DNA of 61,513 nt, filler included, from Globobulimina sp. (GCA_003354225.1; 23 parts of 23 records of this genome joined end to end with filler, not necessarily neighbours in it), one strand, 5' to 3'; positions 45,555-58,837 are shown, numbered from the whole stretch's first letter. Numbers and translations: made by a program. The notes: generated from the sequence alone by a model not told the origin.

Positions 45555-46896
45555 TGTGTCATTTCCTCTTTTAAGTTTGAATAATTTGCTGTAATATATT
45601 GTTGATGATATTTATAAGCGTCCCAATAATAAAAACGTACTCCCAAATCGTACACAGCAACGTCTGTTTTTTTGTCATCGTCAGAAATATCTTTTTTTCA
45701 TCGTCAGAAGTTTTAATTTCTTCTTTTTTTTCGTCAATATTGTCTGGCGATGGTTTGGTTGGAATGGGAGTCCATTTATTAATTTTAACATAAATCTGTG
45801 CGAATGTTTTCTTTTTATATCCGATCATAGATTTAAATAACAGAGCAAATTGAGTGCTTTTCTTAAACTCAGCAGTGCCTTTTAAAAATATTTTGCCGTC
45901 AATCTGTGTCTCTGAGTTTCTTGCAATTTGTTCAAACTCATTAATATTAATATTATCATCATAATGCAAATTATGTATTATTATTTTAGCAATTTTTATA
46001 AAATTTGCATTGTCTAATTCGTGTTTCTGAATGTATTGATATAAAATATGTTGATATAACAAATGTAGAGTCTGACGATTTATTTTATTTAATAATGGGA
46101 ATTGTTGATCATTCGCATGATAATATGCCTCAATTATGTCATTTATAAATTTATTTTTATTGTCATCATTATTATACTCAATAAATGCATTTTCAATTTG
46201 TTTACTTTCTAAATTTATATTATTATTTTTTAGCATATCATATATTGCTTGGCAATTTATACCAGCTTTATCGATAAAATCATCACAGATATTATCATTT
46301 TTTAAAGAATTCAAATGTTTCCGTTTTTTATTAATAATCAAAGTGATCATTTCCATTTTTTTATCCTGCAATATCTCATCGACAAATTCATCTTTATCAT
46401 CATGCGCATTTTGTAGTAATTCCAATTGTTGATTGATAGTTTTTATCTCGTTCATTGTCAGTCGATTTATATCGTACGAATGAATAAAATAAACATGGAC
46501 TCTCGAAATTAAATTAATTATATACTCATTCTCATCATTATACTGATTAAATAATTGAAATCGGGATCGATCTCTATAATGACGCTGAACATGTTTGCAT
46601 TGTTTTAGATGGCACGGTTTATTATTACTATTAATATGATTATACACTTTGGCAAAAATATGATGATCAGAGTCCGCAGCATGATGATATTTTATGTGAT
46701 GGAAATCATTCATTAATTGTGTGTTTGTATAATTATTATCAGCCAATAGTTGCAAGAATTCATCATTTCTGTGACTCTCTTTTGTGTTATTGATAATGGC
46801 ATTGAATTTATTCAATATAATTTTTATCCTGTTCACAGATGCACATTTTAATATGTCTGCTTCCTGACAGTCCTTAATGTTTGCAAATACCTCCAT
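45555..46896 (-). CDS. Hypothetical protein N-terminal part; probable homopolymer frameshift at 45692-45698
   Basis: His/Cys-rich N-terminal domain (FHHIKYHH..CHLKQCKHVQRHYRDR..HVYFIHSY). One extra A in the A7 run would continue DISDDDKK..YDLGVRFYYW..YSNLKEEM to the contig end. Confidence 0.65.
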
Positions 46897-47101
46897 GCCG
46901 TGACTCAGTCAACAGACTGCGACTTAGCTAAAATCAGTTAGAAGGTTATTAAAAATATTCAATGTACTTACAAATTTAAAAGAAATGACAACCAAACAAA
47001 AACAACATTAATTATCAAACACAAAACCGACAAACAAAATGAATAAAAAACAGAAAAATATAATTTATATTATTATATTAATTTTGTTATTTTTTTTACT
47101 T

Positions 47102-47869
47102 TTACATATGATTTAATTTTCCTTTTGATAAATCTTTTTTCAATTTTTTGAATAAAACTTTCCTTCTTTTCTTTGGTAAAAAAGCCATATATTTTTTACA
47201 AAATACATCATTTTTATTTCCAACCATTTTATTTTTAAATATTATTTTTGTGATTCTATTCTCAACGATTACTTTATGCAATTTGCTCAATTCATAATTA
47301 ATAATCCATCTCCGCGCATCTTTCTTATTAAACGAAGTATCAAATCCTAACGACTCCGTAATAATATCTTGATATATTTCATCATAAAATAAGTCCACTT
47401 GAATCTTATAAACTAATTTTGCTTGTTTTACAAAGTATTTCTCTTCTAACTTCCTCTCATGTTTCTCGTCATCGTCATATCTAAAATTCATATGCATCAA
47501 TAAATTGTCAATGCCAACTTTGTTTAATCTCTCATTGATTCTTCGCCAATGTCTCTCGTTCTCTCTTTTATATATTTTATACGAATGATCAGCGAATAAT
47601 GTCTCGGCTCGCATCTGTCGAATACCATTATGCGGATTTACAGAATGCGAAACTGAATATTCGTTTGCTTCCGATGCATCAGACTGTGCGTCATCGTTTA
47701 TTAAGCCCCGAGAATAAAACTCACTGCGTTTAATATTATTATTATTATTATTTGCTGTGTTATAACTTGCCAATTTATCAAATGTTGACCTTTGATTTCC
47801 TGCATTAAGATTAAAATTAAAATTAGTATTATTATAAGAATTTGAATTTGAATTTGTTCTGGATATTTG
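47102..47869 (-). CDS. Hypothetical protein, 5' end unresolved or decayed
   Basis: Frame is open from after the TGA at 47872-47870 to 47102, with no clear start or acceptor. Confidence 0.45.
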   Translation of the reverse strand, partial: QISRTNSNSNSYNNTNFNFNLNAGNQRSTFDKLASYNTANNNNNNIKRSEFYSRGLINDDAQSDASEANEYSVSHSVNPHNGIRQMRAETLFADHSYKIYKRENERHWRRINERLNKVGIDNLLMHMNFRYDDDEKHERKLEEKYFVKQAKLVYKIQVDLFYDEIYQDIITESLGFDTSFNKKDARRWIINYELSKLHKVIVENRITKIIFKNKMVGNKNDVFCKKYMAFLPKKRRKVLFKKLKKDLSKGKLNHM

Positions 47870-48027
47870 TCAATATTTGCAATTAATGGCCGTGCTATTA
47901 AAAGTACCTGCCCTAAAACATATCAATCAACATACCTAACAACATTTTACTATTTTTATCACAATATTCATCGCCATCAATCTTAAGTAATTAAATTAAA
48001 ATGACCTTGCTATGGCCCCCTATAGGC

Positions 48028-48129
48028 TTAGTACATCGAAAAATTAAACATAGCACCAAAATCAAACTCTGTGGCATCCTCCCAACTGTATTCATGTCTG
48101 TTTCCTATGTCATTGAGGCCTATCCAGCA
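48028..48129 (-). pseudogene. C-type lectin domain fragment
   Basis: CWIGLNDIGNRHEYSWEDATEFDFG (WIGL motif), ending in a premature TAA. Not in the ORF track. Confidence 0.65.
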
Positions 48130-48231
48130 ACNNNNNNNNNNNNNNNNNNNNNNNNNNNNNNNNNNNNNNNNNNNNTTAATTAATTAANNNNNNNNNNNNN
48201 NNNNNNNNNNNNNNNNNNNNNNNNNNNNNNN

Positions 48232-48684
48232 TGCCTGTTTTTTGTTGCATGTAATCATAATGAGATTATCTTGTTTGATTTTTGTAATTAAATCAATGTT
48301 TGTGTTGCTGTGGTTATTGCATAATTTTTCTAATTCTGGGCATATAATATGTTTATAAATAGATTTATATCGATAGTCATATTGAGCTGGGATATGTATT
48401 ACGAATTCATCAGATATTGTGGACACTGATATTGATTGGATCAGATCATAAGGGATACGTCGTTGACAGGTGTATGTTTTGCTTGGTTTTATATTATACA
48501 ATGCCTTGTTTGTGAGTAATAATATACGTTTTTGTGATTTTTCTTGTTTGTTTATTTTCAACACCGCTACTGAGAATATCGCACGTTCGTTTTGCGGATG
48601 ATTGTCCCCGAATTTTGATAACATTTTTGTAAACGATGTGTTATGTTTGGTTTGATGTTTTAGGCTAGTTATTGTTGCTGTCAT
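48232..48684 (-). CDS. Protein with N-terminal myosin-I TH1/PH-like domain, 3'-truncated
   Basis: IFSVAVLKINKQEKSQKRILLLTNKALYNI..RRIPYDLIQSISVSTISDEFVIHIPAQYDY. Confidence 0.8.
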
Positions 48685-48727
48685 TGTGTAAAATTAATTT
48701 TAAAATAAGTGTTTTTTATACTGTATC

Positions 48728-50310
48728 ATGTCGCGACAGCTCGATACAAGCGATCGCGAAGGTGTAGGGGAGGCAGAGGATTTAGGTGTGTGGTTAAAGA
48801 AAAATAAATTAATGAAAGCCAGGCCAAAATTGATTGAAAATGATGCTACTTTACAAGAACTAAAGGAATTAGCTGATGAATCCTCAACCAATGAGCTCAA
48901 GTTATAAATTTATATTATTTTAGAGACACTGAACAATATTTATATCAATACATACATAGAATATATGCACAAAATGAATTATGTTTAGACTTATTAACAG
49001 CTAAAAGATTCGCCAAATCCGTGGTTTCATTGACATCGAATCCAAGCCATTCCCCACCAAAACCCACTGATACTGTCATCCGCATTGTGGTGACAGTGGA
49101 AGAAGAGAGAGCCATCAATAAAATGCATAAAAGACAGACAAGCGTCAATGAGAAAATAAATATTGCATCAAATAATATAAATACATTGAACAAATTAGCT
49201 GAAATGAATGAAAATGAAGTGAATGCGTTCAGGAAGCAAGCAATGTTGCGATTGAATCAAAGAATGGACGCAATCATCGTCAAATCAAATGGTGAGATCA
49301 ACAAAAAGAAGGCAGCGCTCTCCAGTCATATTAATACATTAAAAGCGTATCACAAATCATTGACGAATGCACGTTCGCGATCTGATCATTTATTGAATGA
49401 TCCAAATGCGGACAAAACGAAGAGGAAGTTGCAGATTGTGAATATTGCCGAGAATGTGCTCAAGGCAGAAGCGAAGGAATTGAATATCACCGCAAATGTT
49501 AAGGTTGAAATTGATAGGGATGGAGTTTTGCGATATTTTGATGATATTGGAATGGTAAATAATTACAGCTTTCCTGCAAAACCAGATATTTCTGTTTATG
49601 ACATTAAAGAGACATTAGTCACAGTTAAGTGATGCGTGGAGTGGAGTGATGTGATGAGTTATGTGCTGTTTATGTATATTTAGATTCGTTTTAATAATAT
49701 TCAATGCGGTTATGGATGTTTGGTGGAGTTATGTGGGAATTATGAAGGCGATGACGAGAAGAAGATGGATGGACATGAATGGAAACAAGTTTGTTTGCTG
49801 CAAAATGAGAGTGAGTATAAAATGAAAGAGCTGGCGGATAATACAGTGTATGCAGTAAGGGCAAAATATAAAAATAAACATGGATATGGGCAGTTTTGTG
49901 ATGCTGTGACAGTCAAAACAAGTTGAGTTTTGTGGCTGATTTGTATAGATTGATTGTGATGGATGTTGTATAGAAAAGGTGCATTTACAGTCATCGATAT
50001 TGACTGCAGCGGAAATAAAATCTTTTTTAGCATTGTTATCTCAAAATGGTAAGAAATTAGGTAAATCGTGGAATTTGATCTATAGAGCAAAAACGGATGG
50101 ACTGAATATGAGAACATTCGTTGATAAAGTTCATGGCATACCGAATGTTATGTGTTTTATTCATACGCAGGGTAATAATGTTTGTGGTGGATATACATCA
50201 ACAGGATGGCAAAAAGGAAAAACAGCTGGGCATTCTGCTGATGATAAAGCATTTGTATTTGGGATTCGATCATCTAAAAAATATGCGCCTATGATTTCAA
50301 ATGTGAAAGC
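48728..50310 (+). CDS. SAM-like / coiled-coil / FN3 / TLDc protein; TLDc cut by a chimeric junction
   Basis: ATG at 48728. Introns at 48901-48959, 49624-49683 and 49922-49973 keep frame. FN3 LADNTVYAVRAKYKNKHGYG; TLDc WNLIYRAKTDG..GNNVCGGYT..DDKAFVF. Confidence 0.8.
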
Positions 50311-50808
50311 AAATAATGCAAGTAAAGTAACGAATCAAGAGTTAAGGAAAAGAGTACAGGACACTTTTTTGGAAGAAAGACTTAATGGGTTAGATAAAAA
50401 TGGTTGGCTTGCAAAAGTAAAAGAAAATTTTGATATTAAGAATTCTATTCTTAAGTTTTAAAGATTTATCAGAAATTATGAATGCCAACTAAAGAAACAT
50501 TTCCGTTGTTATCCAGAAATTATCTCTTATTCTGATAAGTACTTTTATCAGAATACCCTTCAATGTATGAAGATTAGAGGCAAACAGATTGAAGATGTAA
50601 TTAAGATTGAAATTATAGACCATGACGGAAAATTAGATGAAAATAAAAATACAAATGAACTTGAAGTGAAGCATATCATTAAAAAACTTCAAGAATTTAA
50701 AGAAAAAGAAATTGAACAAAGCCTTGGCATTATTACACCACATAGAGAACAGGTAACACTTCTTTTTGACAAAATCAGTGAATTACCAGAGAGGGATTGG
50801 CTTTTTGG
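50297..50808 (+). pseudogene. Prokaryotic-type SF1 helicase (DNA2/NAM7, AAA_12) fragment with internal TAA
   Basis: LKKHFRCYPEIISYSDKYFY, NELEVKHII and SLGIITPHREQV. Same frame on both sides of TAA 50459-50461. Confidence 0.8.
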
Positions 50809-50908
50809 NNNNNNNNNNNNNNNNNNNNNNNNNNNNNNNNNNNNNNNNNNNNTTAATTAATTAANNNNNNNNNNNNNNNNNNNNNNNNNNNNNNNNNNNN
50901 NNNNNNNN

Positions 50909-52474
50909 AACTTGATTCAATTTATCATTAAATGTTAATTGTGACAATTCACTCAAACCTAATACTTTTTTGTCAAATTGAAAGCGTTGACTGCAACAAA
51001 AACCTGCAATTTCTGCAACAATACAGTTTGTGATATTAAATGATCCATTCTCATCAATACCAATTTGAATAATTGTTTGTAAGTTGATTGTATTTCGTTC
51101 AATTTCATCAAAATATAAAGTAGATAATAGATATAAAATGTGATGATAATCACTATATTCTTGCGGATCAACACATTGATTGTTTTTATATAAATGCGGA
51201 ATTAATTTATAATCAACACATAAAATATCATGCAAAAGAAAATATAAATCTCTCGCACTTGGAACTAACATCAATTTCCAATCGAACCTATCTGTTTTAA
51301 ATCGAATCGATTTACAAAATTCACTCCATCCATTTATATTTTTTGCTGCTATTTTTACGATATAATTGCTTAAAGATTTAAGTGGTTTTATTCTATATTT
51401 GTTTGTATTATTATTAATTGTAACTGATATCCAATCCAATTTATTCTCCTCGCCATTATATTCCGCATATTCCGCATATTGTATGTTATATTGAGTTGTT
51501 TTTAAACTTGTATCATTTTTATTATTTATTGATATTATAATATCTGCAAAGATTGATCCAATTGAAGTAATTTTGCATATTGGTGCAATTGGTACATTGT
51601 CATATGTATTTTCAATATGGCCAATTTTATTTAATATCTTCGATACTGGATCCAAATCAATATTGACTGTAATCTTTCTCATTTCGTTATAGTTAAACTT
51701 TATACATTTACTATCTAATGTTTTATTGGCAACTGATACGATTTTAATTTCTCTTTGGTTCGTATCCAATGCTCTATTTTCTATAAATCCTTGTATTTGT
51801 TTTTTACATTCAATTAATTTTTTGGAGTATTTTTTTAATTCTTGTTGTTGTTTGAATAATTTTTCCTTTTTTATGTTTGTGATTGTATCGATTTCAGTCA
51901 ATAATAAGTTTCTTTTTGTATTTGTTTGTTTTATTATTTCATCAAATCTATCGTTTACATAATGTTTTGTAGTTTGATTATTTTCATCCAATTGCTTTAA
52001 ATAAAACGTTCCGTTGCTTAAAATTCCTAAAACGTTCCGTTGATTATCATCAATATTTGTTCTTGCTTTTTGTTCTTTAGTTGATAATGCAACGACTAAT
52101 ACGTTTGCTTTATTATATTCTTTACAAATCGCAGAATTCTCCGTTTTTTTCATCAGAATTATTAGTCGATTTATATTGGATGCTTTTAAATGATATTCCT
52201 TTAATGCTTCAGTTAAATTTGCCTCACTTGACATCATTAACTCATCCAAATCAACTTTATTACCATGCAACTTATTATAGAAATCGTTAAGAATGCTACT
52301 TCCATCTGCTTTCAATATATGTTTGCTTGATATCAAAAATGCATATAAAGGGTCGTCAATAAATGTATCAATGACTCCTTCCTGTTGTTCCATAGGTGTT
52401 GCATAATGATGTTTTTCATTGAGCATCCTACGATATCTTTTTATCTGAAAAACCTTGACTGAAACAATCATCAA
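50909..52474 (-). CDS. Coiled-coil plus fibronectin type III protein, 3'-truncated
   Basis: Long heptad region, then PIAP..YRIKPLKSLSNYIVKIAAKNINGWSEFC..FKT. Same layout as 48728-50310. The true start may be a downstream ATG. Confidence 0.75.
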
Positions 52475-52604
52475 AAGCTAATAATGATAGAAACATGGTA
52501 TTGAACTAGATTTAGTAATCGCATAAGCATCAAAAATATAATTCAATTTTGATTATCAAATAATAACTACAAAAGTTCAGCAATTTAAATATTAAATCTC
52601 ACTT

Positions 52605-53485
52605 TTATTTTGGAGTAAATACTTGATTTATTCGTTGCATAATATCTTTTAAATCGCTCATTTTAACAAATAATACATTCCACATTTTATCATTCCTCTC
52701 AAACGAAAATTGAAATTCAGCCTTTTTTACAAACAAATCATCCTCCAAATGTTCATAAACAAGCTCCGTTTTATTCCGATTATGCATCAAATGTGGCGAT
52801 GCCTCCTCTTCTTTATGTTTATTATTGTTCCCCTTATCATTGACGATTGGAACCCATCGATGTCGGACAACCATCAAAATATAATCACATTTAAATGATT
52901 CTATCTCGGCATCATCCAAATGTGTTGCTAAGTTTTTATCTGTGGCATATTCAATATCCTTCCACAAAGATTCATAAATATGTGGCACCAATTCCAACGG
53001 CGTATTTATCGGTCTTTCATGCAGTAACAAACCAATATTATATTTACCATCAAAATAGCTTTCAAATTTCTTACTTCTTTGCTTACAGCGGTTTGCAAGG
53101 AATCGCTTAATATGAGCCAACGACAAATGTTCACTGCGCAAAAAGCAAAAACACATATTTTTACCAAAGCAAACATAAAATAGTGGACCAATAAAATAAC
53201 TTACAAATATTTTTTGAAACTCAATAAAGTGATAAATCCCAACACAGACTGTCCAGACATTAATATTCCTCCAATTTCTTGTTGGTTTATAATAGTTTCC
53301 GTTAATTGCACCACATTTAATTTCTTTTGGTCCCATTCTGTGGCAGATACAATGTCTTTAACTTCGTGATAATACATTTCATCCATGTCTTTTAATTCAA
53401 ATTCAACGTTTTGCATTGAGGCTGTCGAGGCGGCGTCGAGTCTGATGCCATCATCCTGTGCTTCCTCAATGTCATCTTCATCAAA
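52605..53485 (-). CDS. BCP1: BCP1/BCCIP family protein, 5'-truncated
   Basis: VEFELKD..YHEVK, VLGFITLL, IGLLLHERPINTPLELVPHIY and YEHLEDDLF. A 71-nt GTAAGT..GCAG intron (53204-53134) joins the frames. Confidence 0.85.
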
Positions 53486-53585
53486 NNNNNNNNNNNNNNN
53501 NNNNNNNNNNNNNNNNNNNNNNNNNNNNNTTAATTAATTAANNNNNNNNNNNNNNNNNNNNNNNNNNNNNNNNNNNNNNNNNNNN

Positions 53586-56161
53586 GTATTTCGGTCTTTA
53601 ACCCAGTTAATGAATGATATTAACATTTCATTCGGCACAGATATGGATAGAAACGATGCCGAACTCAAAAAAACAGCGTCTGATTTTATCACTGTATTAA
53701 TTAAATTGTGTAAACATATATTATTAAACAAGAATGATGCCATTAATCTGCAATCCTCTTTATTTAATATCAATGCATCCATTGATATGTCATCATCATA
53801 TATCACAGAAATTATATTTGGTTTATTATTTTATTTGGCTTCGATTTATCCGCAGCAATACATGAAAATGGTAATGTCCTTTTTCACAGAGTCATTATTA
53901 TCCGATAATAATTTGGTTCGTCTATGTTTTGCAAATAATATATTACGCTCCATCCAAATGAAATCGTTATCAATCAGTATATCTAAATTAATCTCATCGC
54001 GTCTATCCAATAAGAATGCGAACAATACAAATATATCAATTAATGTATCATCAGACACTAACTTTGTACTGCAACCATTATTAATCCCCGATCCTCCATC
54101 GACATCATTGCAGAAAACGGGCCCATACTCAAACAATAACGCCATGGCCAATGCCAACAACATCAATATGTCGACGTCCTCATTAATGCGTTTACCGACA
54201 AGCAAATCCAAAACAAAAAAAACCATTCGAATGAAGCAGCCATCATCACATAGAGACAGAGGCAAACTGCGAAAAGTAGGATTATCGACGCACTCCACCG
54301 GATTATCAGGCACTCGCTCGGCAGCTCACATATTGCCATCATTCAAACCGCAGAAAACCAACCATGCAAAGCATGCAATATCCAATGTAAAGCATGTGAT
54401 ATCAAAATCCAATGCCAGCAAACACAAACAAGCAAATGCTGAGCATGATTTTTTTCATAGTATGTTTTTCAAAAATTTACACAAAAAATACAACGACAAA
54501 CATCCATTATCAATGATATACTACAACGAAGAAATAGGTTCTTCCACATCACCGCCTGCCATTTTAAAGGATGCCATAAATAGAAATAAAAGTAATACTA
54601 AAAATAGTGACAATGACGAGACCATTGTCATTTTATCCGCCCATCCACCAACAAAAGACAACACCGATAAAGAAAGGCGCAGAAAGAGAATGATACAGCT
54701 TCAGCAACATATGCTTCGTAAAGAACATTCAAAGGATAAGCCTTCGAGTCACAGCACGCAGCCACCAGCGCCAATGGGTTGGGGCTCCACTAATTTCTAT
54801 TCGTTTGATAATGGAATGGGTCGTGGCATTTCGCCGCCGGTACCAATACCATTGAATAGCTTTAATTTTGCCGAAAATATGTTGGAAGAGGTTCATAACA
54901 CAGTCACCACCACAACCAATACTACCGCCGTTGCTGCGACCAAAGCCAACGCCAACGCAAAGGCCAAAACACAGACTATCTTGGCCGGCGGAGAGGCGTT
55001 GTTGCAGAAATGGGGCATATCATCGTTTAAGAGAGTGTCCGAAATTCCGTGCAGTAATTGCAATAAAATCGTGAAGGGCGGACATCGCCATATCTGTAAA
55101 CATCCGACCTGTAATAAGTTTGTGCTATGCCCAGAATGCCACGAAGATATGACTGAGAGTGAGCGGCAGCAAATTCATGGCGGTCCCTGGCATCCGCCGC
55201 ATAGACCAATATCGTTGAATATACACCAAAGAGAGAAGAATAAAAATAAAAATAAAAATAAAAGCAATAATAGTACGTGGGGCACAACCTTAACTACACA
55301 GCATATCCCGTCTTATGTTGGTGGCGGTTATCGCCAACCGAAGTTAATCAAGAAAAAAGGCTCAAACATTGTGGTTAAGAAAGTGAAAAGCAATAAACTG
55401 CGGCATGTGAGCTCGGGTGGTCGCGATAATATTGTTATAAATCGAGGATTTCGATTTGCGCCGTTGATTAAAGGGAGTAAAGCAGAAAGAATTGCTATTC
55501 AAACATTGTTAAATTGTATCGTGAATGATGAGGTTTTGAATGCATTTAAATGCCGGGATGGCGCAGACATGTTACCATTGATGACTGTCATTGTGCATTT
55601 GTTATGTAATCAGTTTGCAAATGATCAGATTTTACCCAATTGCAAGTTGGAGAAAGCGATGAAAGAAATGAAAGATGATAAAGAAGAAATGGATGTTGAT
55701 AATGAGGAAGAAAAAAATAATAATGATGTGAGTATGGATGAAAAGGAAGAAAAAGAGGAGAAAGAAGAGAAGGAAGAGAAGGAAGAAAAGGAGGAAAAGG
55801 TGGATGCAAATAAGGAAAGACATAATGTATTGTCGTCCAATCAAATTAAGAAATTAATAAATATAATCGTATCGTGTTTAGAATATCATATTGATATATT
55901 AATAGAAACAGATGTTTTATCGCGAAAAAACAAATCTGTTGAAATGTTTATTGTGTTATTGGATGCTTTATTAGTTATGATATCGCATCAACAGTGGATA
56001 CAGGAAAAGATTGGAGCTTATAAAAAAAATATAAATAATGTGTCTACCGCGGCAGCAAAAAGTAATAAAAATGATAATAAAAATAATAATAAGAAAAAAA
56101 TTGTATATGCGGCACCAAAAGTAGTGGTACAAGAAAAACCGTCGCGTGTTTCATGGAACTT
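53586..56161 (+). CDS. Fragment of a very large helical protein with a ZZ-type zinc finger
   Basis: Open across the contig; CSNCNK..RHICKHPTCNKFVLCPECHE..H..H; EEK repeat at about 55740-55800. Confidence 0.75.
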
Positions 56162-56261
56162 NNNNNNNNNNNNNNNNNNNNNNNNNNNNNNNNNNNNNNN
56201 NNNNNTTAATTAATTAANNNNNNNNNNNNNNNNNNNNNNNNNNNNNNNNNNNNNNNNNNNN

Positions 56262-57939
56262 TTGAAAGCCAGTCCTTACGGAATTGTGATTTGCTGGCAT
56301 GATTATGAATCATCCATGAATTCTCATATAAATGCAGCAATGATATATGTCTCTGGATAACACCGTTATTCTGATAAAAGAAATGCCGGGTGATGTTTGG
56401 ATTGCTGGTATAAAGTTTTTTGTATGTTTTTTTTATTTGCTCGGATTTTCCATAAATATATATATATTTATTCGGATAAATAAATCCTGATTTAAAAAAG
56501 AGATCCCACAGCTTGTCCGGTTCAACACTGTTGCTGATATGTAGATGATCATCATTCAGTTGATTTAAATAAGACAGCAGCCGGGTGTGGTCTTCAACAG
56601 AAATGTCAAGGATTGCCAGACCGCATTTTACCAAATCTGTTTTTGCCCCTTCGGCATATTCATTTCTATAAATAACCTGGGCTTTGCACTGAATCAGGAT
56701 ACTGCCGAAAAGGTATAGTTCTAATGAAGGGATAAGCATTCCCGGCATAAGAACTGAATTGGTTCTTTGTTCTTCTACTGAAAAACCGGTACAGGACAGA
56801 TCCACCGTTTTAAGACGAATATTTCTGTCAGTTATTGGGTGCCTGAAAACAATATCCGGTGATGGTGTCAACTGGTGCCGGATACTTCTGTTTTTTTCCG
56901 GCTTGAATCTATGAATTTGATGGTTTATTGGTGCAAGAACATAATCCCTGTTATTATGATTGCTGGTTTGTCTTAAAATTCTGCATTCACCTGAAAACAG
57001 TGTCTTCCCACCTTCAAGAAAAATAAGAGTCACCGCCGAAAACGGATTAATCCACTGGAATGACTGGGTGGGGGAGGAGTGAACCGTTAATCGAAACGTA
57101 ACAGCATTGAAATCTTTAATTGTGCCGTGAAAAAGAGCGCTGTTTTGTACAAGCCGAACGTGAATATTTTTACATGAATATCTTCTTATTTTTCGAACAT
57201 TGATGTCATAACATGCCTCAGGAAGTTTTAAGGTAATACCATATTTATTTACGCGTAGCACTTCCGGTTTTGACATAAGTAGATGCTGGCTGTCATGAAC
57301 CAGAATTTTATCGATATTGAATGGTTTTAAAGTGGGATGCAGACCGGATGTTTCGGTCCAGAGGCATTTGAGCTGATAATCGTCGCATAATTGAGGTTTC
57401 ACACGTCGGGTAATCGTGCGGCCATGCTTGATGTGCTTGAACTTTATAAGGATGGTTCCACCCACAAAGTTGATATAATTAAGTTTGTTAATTAAATAGG
57501 TTATATTAAATTCTGTGTACTGTGTATTTTTGTCTTCACTGGTATGAGCTTGAATTGACTGCTGTGAAGACTTTTTATGCGCAGTTTTATCTGCCTCACT
57601 GGTAGCCGCAGCACTATCAGATTTTTTAAAATGAATTGAATGAATTTTTCCGGATTTTTTTTCATTTTCCCGAAGGCTGCTTTCTGAATTTATGGCAATT
57701 GATTGAGAGGAATTATCATTTTTGCAATCATTACCCTCATCATGGCGGGTGGGCGGTTTATTATTAAGATTTCTCAACAGGGTCGTCATCTGCTTTTTCT
57801 GTACATTAATTTCTGTGGATGTAGTTGATAGTTGGCCGGAATTTTGAACCCTCCAGGAGATGTCTTCTTCTTTTTCTTCATTATCAATTAATCGCTTAAG
57901 ATAATCCATTATGGGACCTCTTTTTGACGCAACCGACAT
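56262..57939 (-). CDS. Bacterial tandem PilZ-domain protein, 3'-truncated
   Basis: RKIRRY..DFNAVTF and RSIRH..VDLSCTGF (RxxxR / DxSxxG-like), then LWDLFFKSGFIYPNKY. Intronless, higher GC, bacterial-like codons. Resembles a Desulfobacterota family (from memory). Confidence 0.8.
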
Positions 57940-58072
57940 CCGACCTGAAAAAAATTGTTTACGCCTGAGTGTAAATCAACAAAAAAACATGTCAGCTATT
58001 CATTATATTAAGTATGACTTTAAGTTTACATTATTTATTCGTTTATTTTTCTATTGTCAATGAGAAAGAATG

Positions 58073-58093
58073 TTGACTTCAGAGATAAGTCAA
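58073..58093. promoter_or_regulatory. Palindromic candidate regulator site
   Basis: TTGACTT-N7-AAGTCAA in the divergent intergenic region, about 135 bp upstream of the PilZ gene. Confidence 0.35.
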
Positions 58094-58645
58094 TATCCTG
58101 CATAATGCATTTAAATTCGGATTTGTGTACATTATTAATAATATTAGTGACGTTTCATTTATTCAACGATGAACAAAAAACGTCTATGCAATGGTAGATA
58201 CACTATGTTTTATGAAGTTTTCACCATACTTTCTATCCCATCAATGCCATAGTTTGAATTTTTTTCCCTTGACATACCACATTTTCACATATTAGGGAGA
58301 CATCTTTGAATTGGAATTGAAATTATATGGTTGGCAACGGTATTGAATCTATACAACTTAGGTTGTATGAACAACCTGTCTTGTGAATATTGGGTGCCTT
58401 GTTATTGTTGGAGAATATTTAATTATCAATTCAGCCAACAACTTGAGTTGTATTATTGGGATTTAAATTAAAAATTTAGTTTAATGTTTTAAAATGCTGT
58501 TAATTTAAAAAGTTATAATGGAGGAACTCTTTTGGTACGTTCATTGCTTCCTATCAGGGTAACAATGGTCGGATTATTAATTTAATGTCAAAAAAAGGCA
58601 ATTGGGTTTTAATCTCTTTGATTTACATGGGAAATAAATAAAAAA

Positions 58646-58837
58646 ATGGAAATATCTAATTATAAAACAAAAGCACTATCTTCTGACAATATCTGGGTAA
58701 TTTCTGAAGGCAGATATACTGATTATGATTTGAGCTGGGTTTGTGAAGGAAAAATTTCAGGGCCTGTAAAGGAATATAAAATTTCAGAAATAACCAGATA
58801 TATGCTGAATCCGAATCCGGTCCAGATAGAAAAGAAG
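58646..58837 (+). CDS. Bacterial hypothetical protein N-terminus
   Basis: ATG-started frame open to the contig end, divergent from the PilZ gene. Confidence 0.5.

Noticed and set aside
45692-45698. A7 run as a programmed frameshift site
   Set aside because: A homopolymer indel (error or mutation) is simpler, and no stimulatory structure is evident.
47870-47872. Second TGA at a CxxC-like position (NCKY*QISR), hinting at TGA=Cys or Sec
   Set aside because: The upstream frame has another stop and lacks the first Cys pair. TGA is the ordinary stop of several intact genes here (958, 5689, 17393, 39314), so there is no global reassignment.
48001-48030. tgctatggccccctatagg resembling the U6 snRNA internal stem-loop
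   Set aside because: No ACAGAGA box or other U6 sequence nearby; the match is too short.
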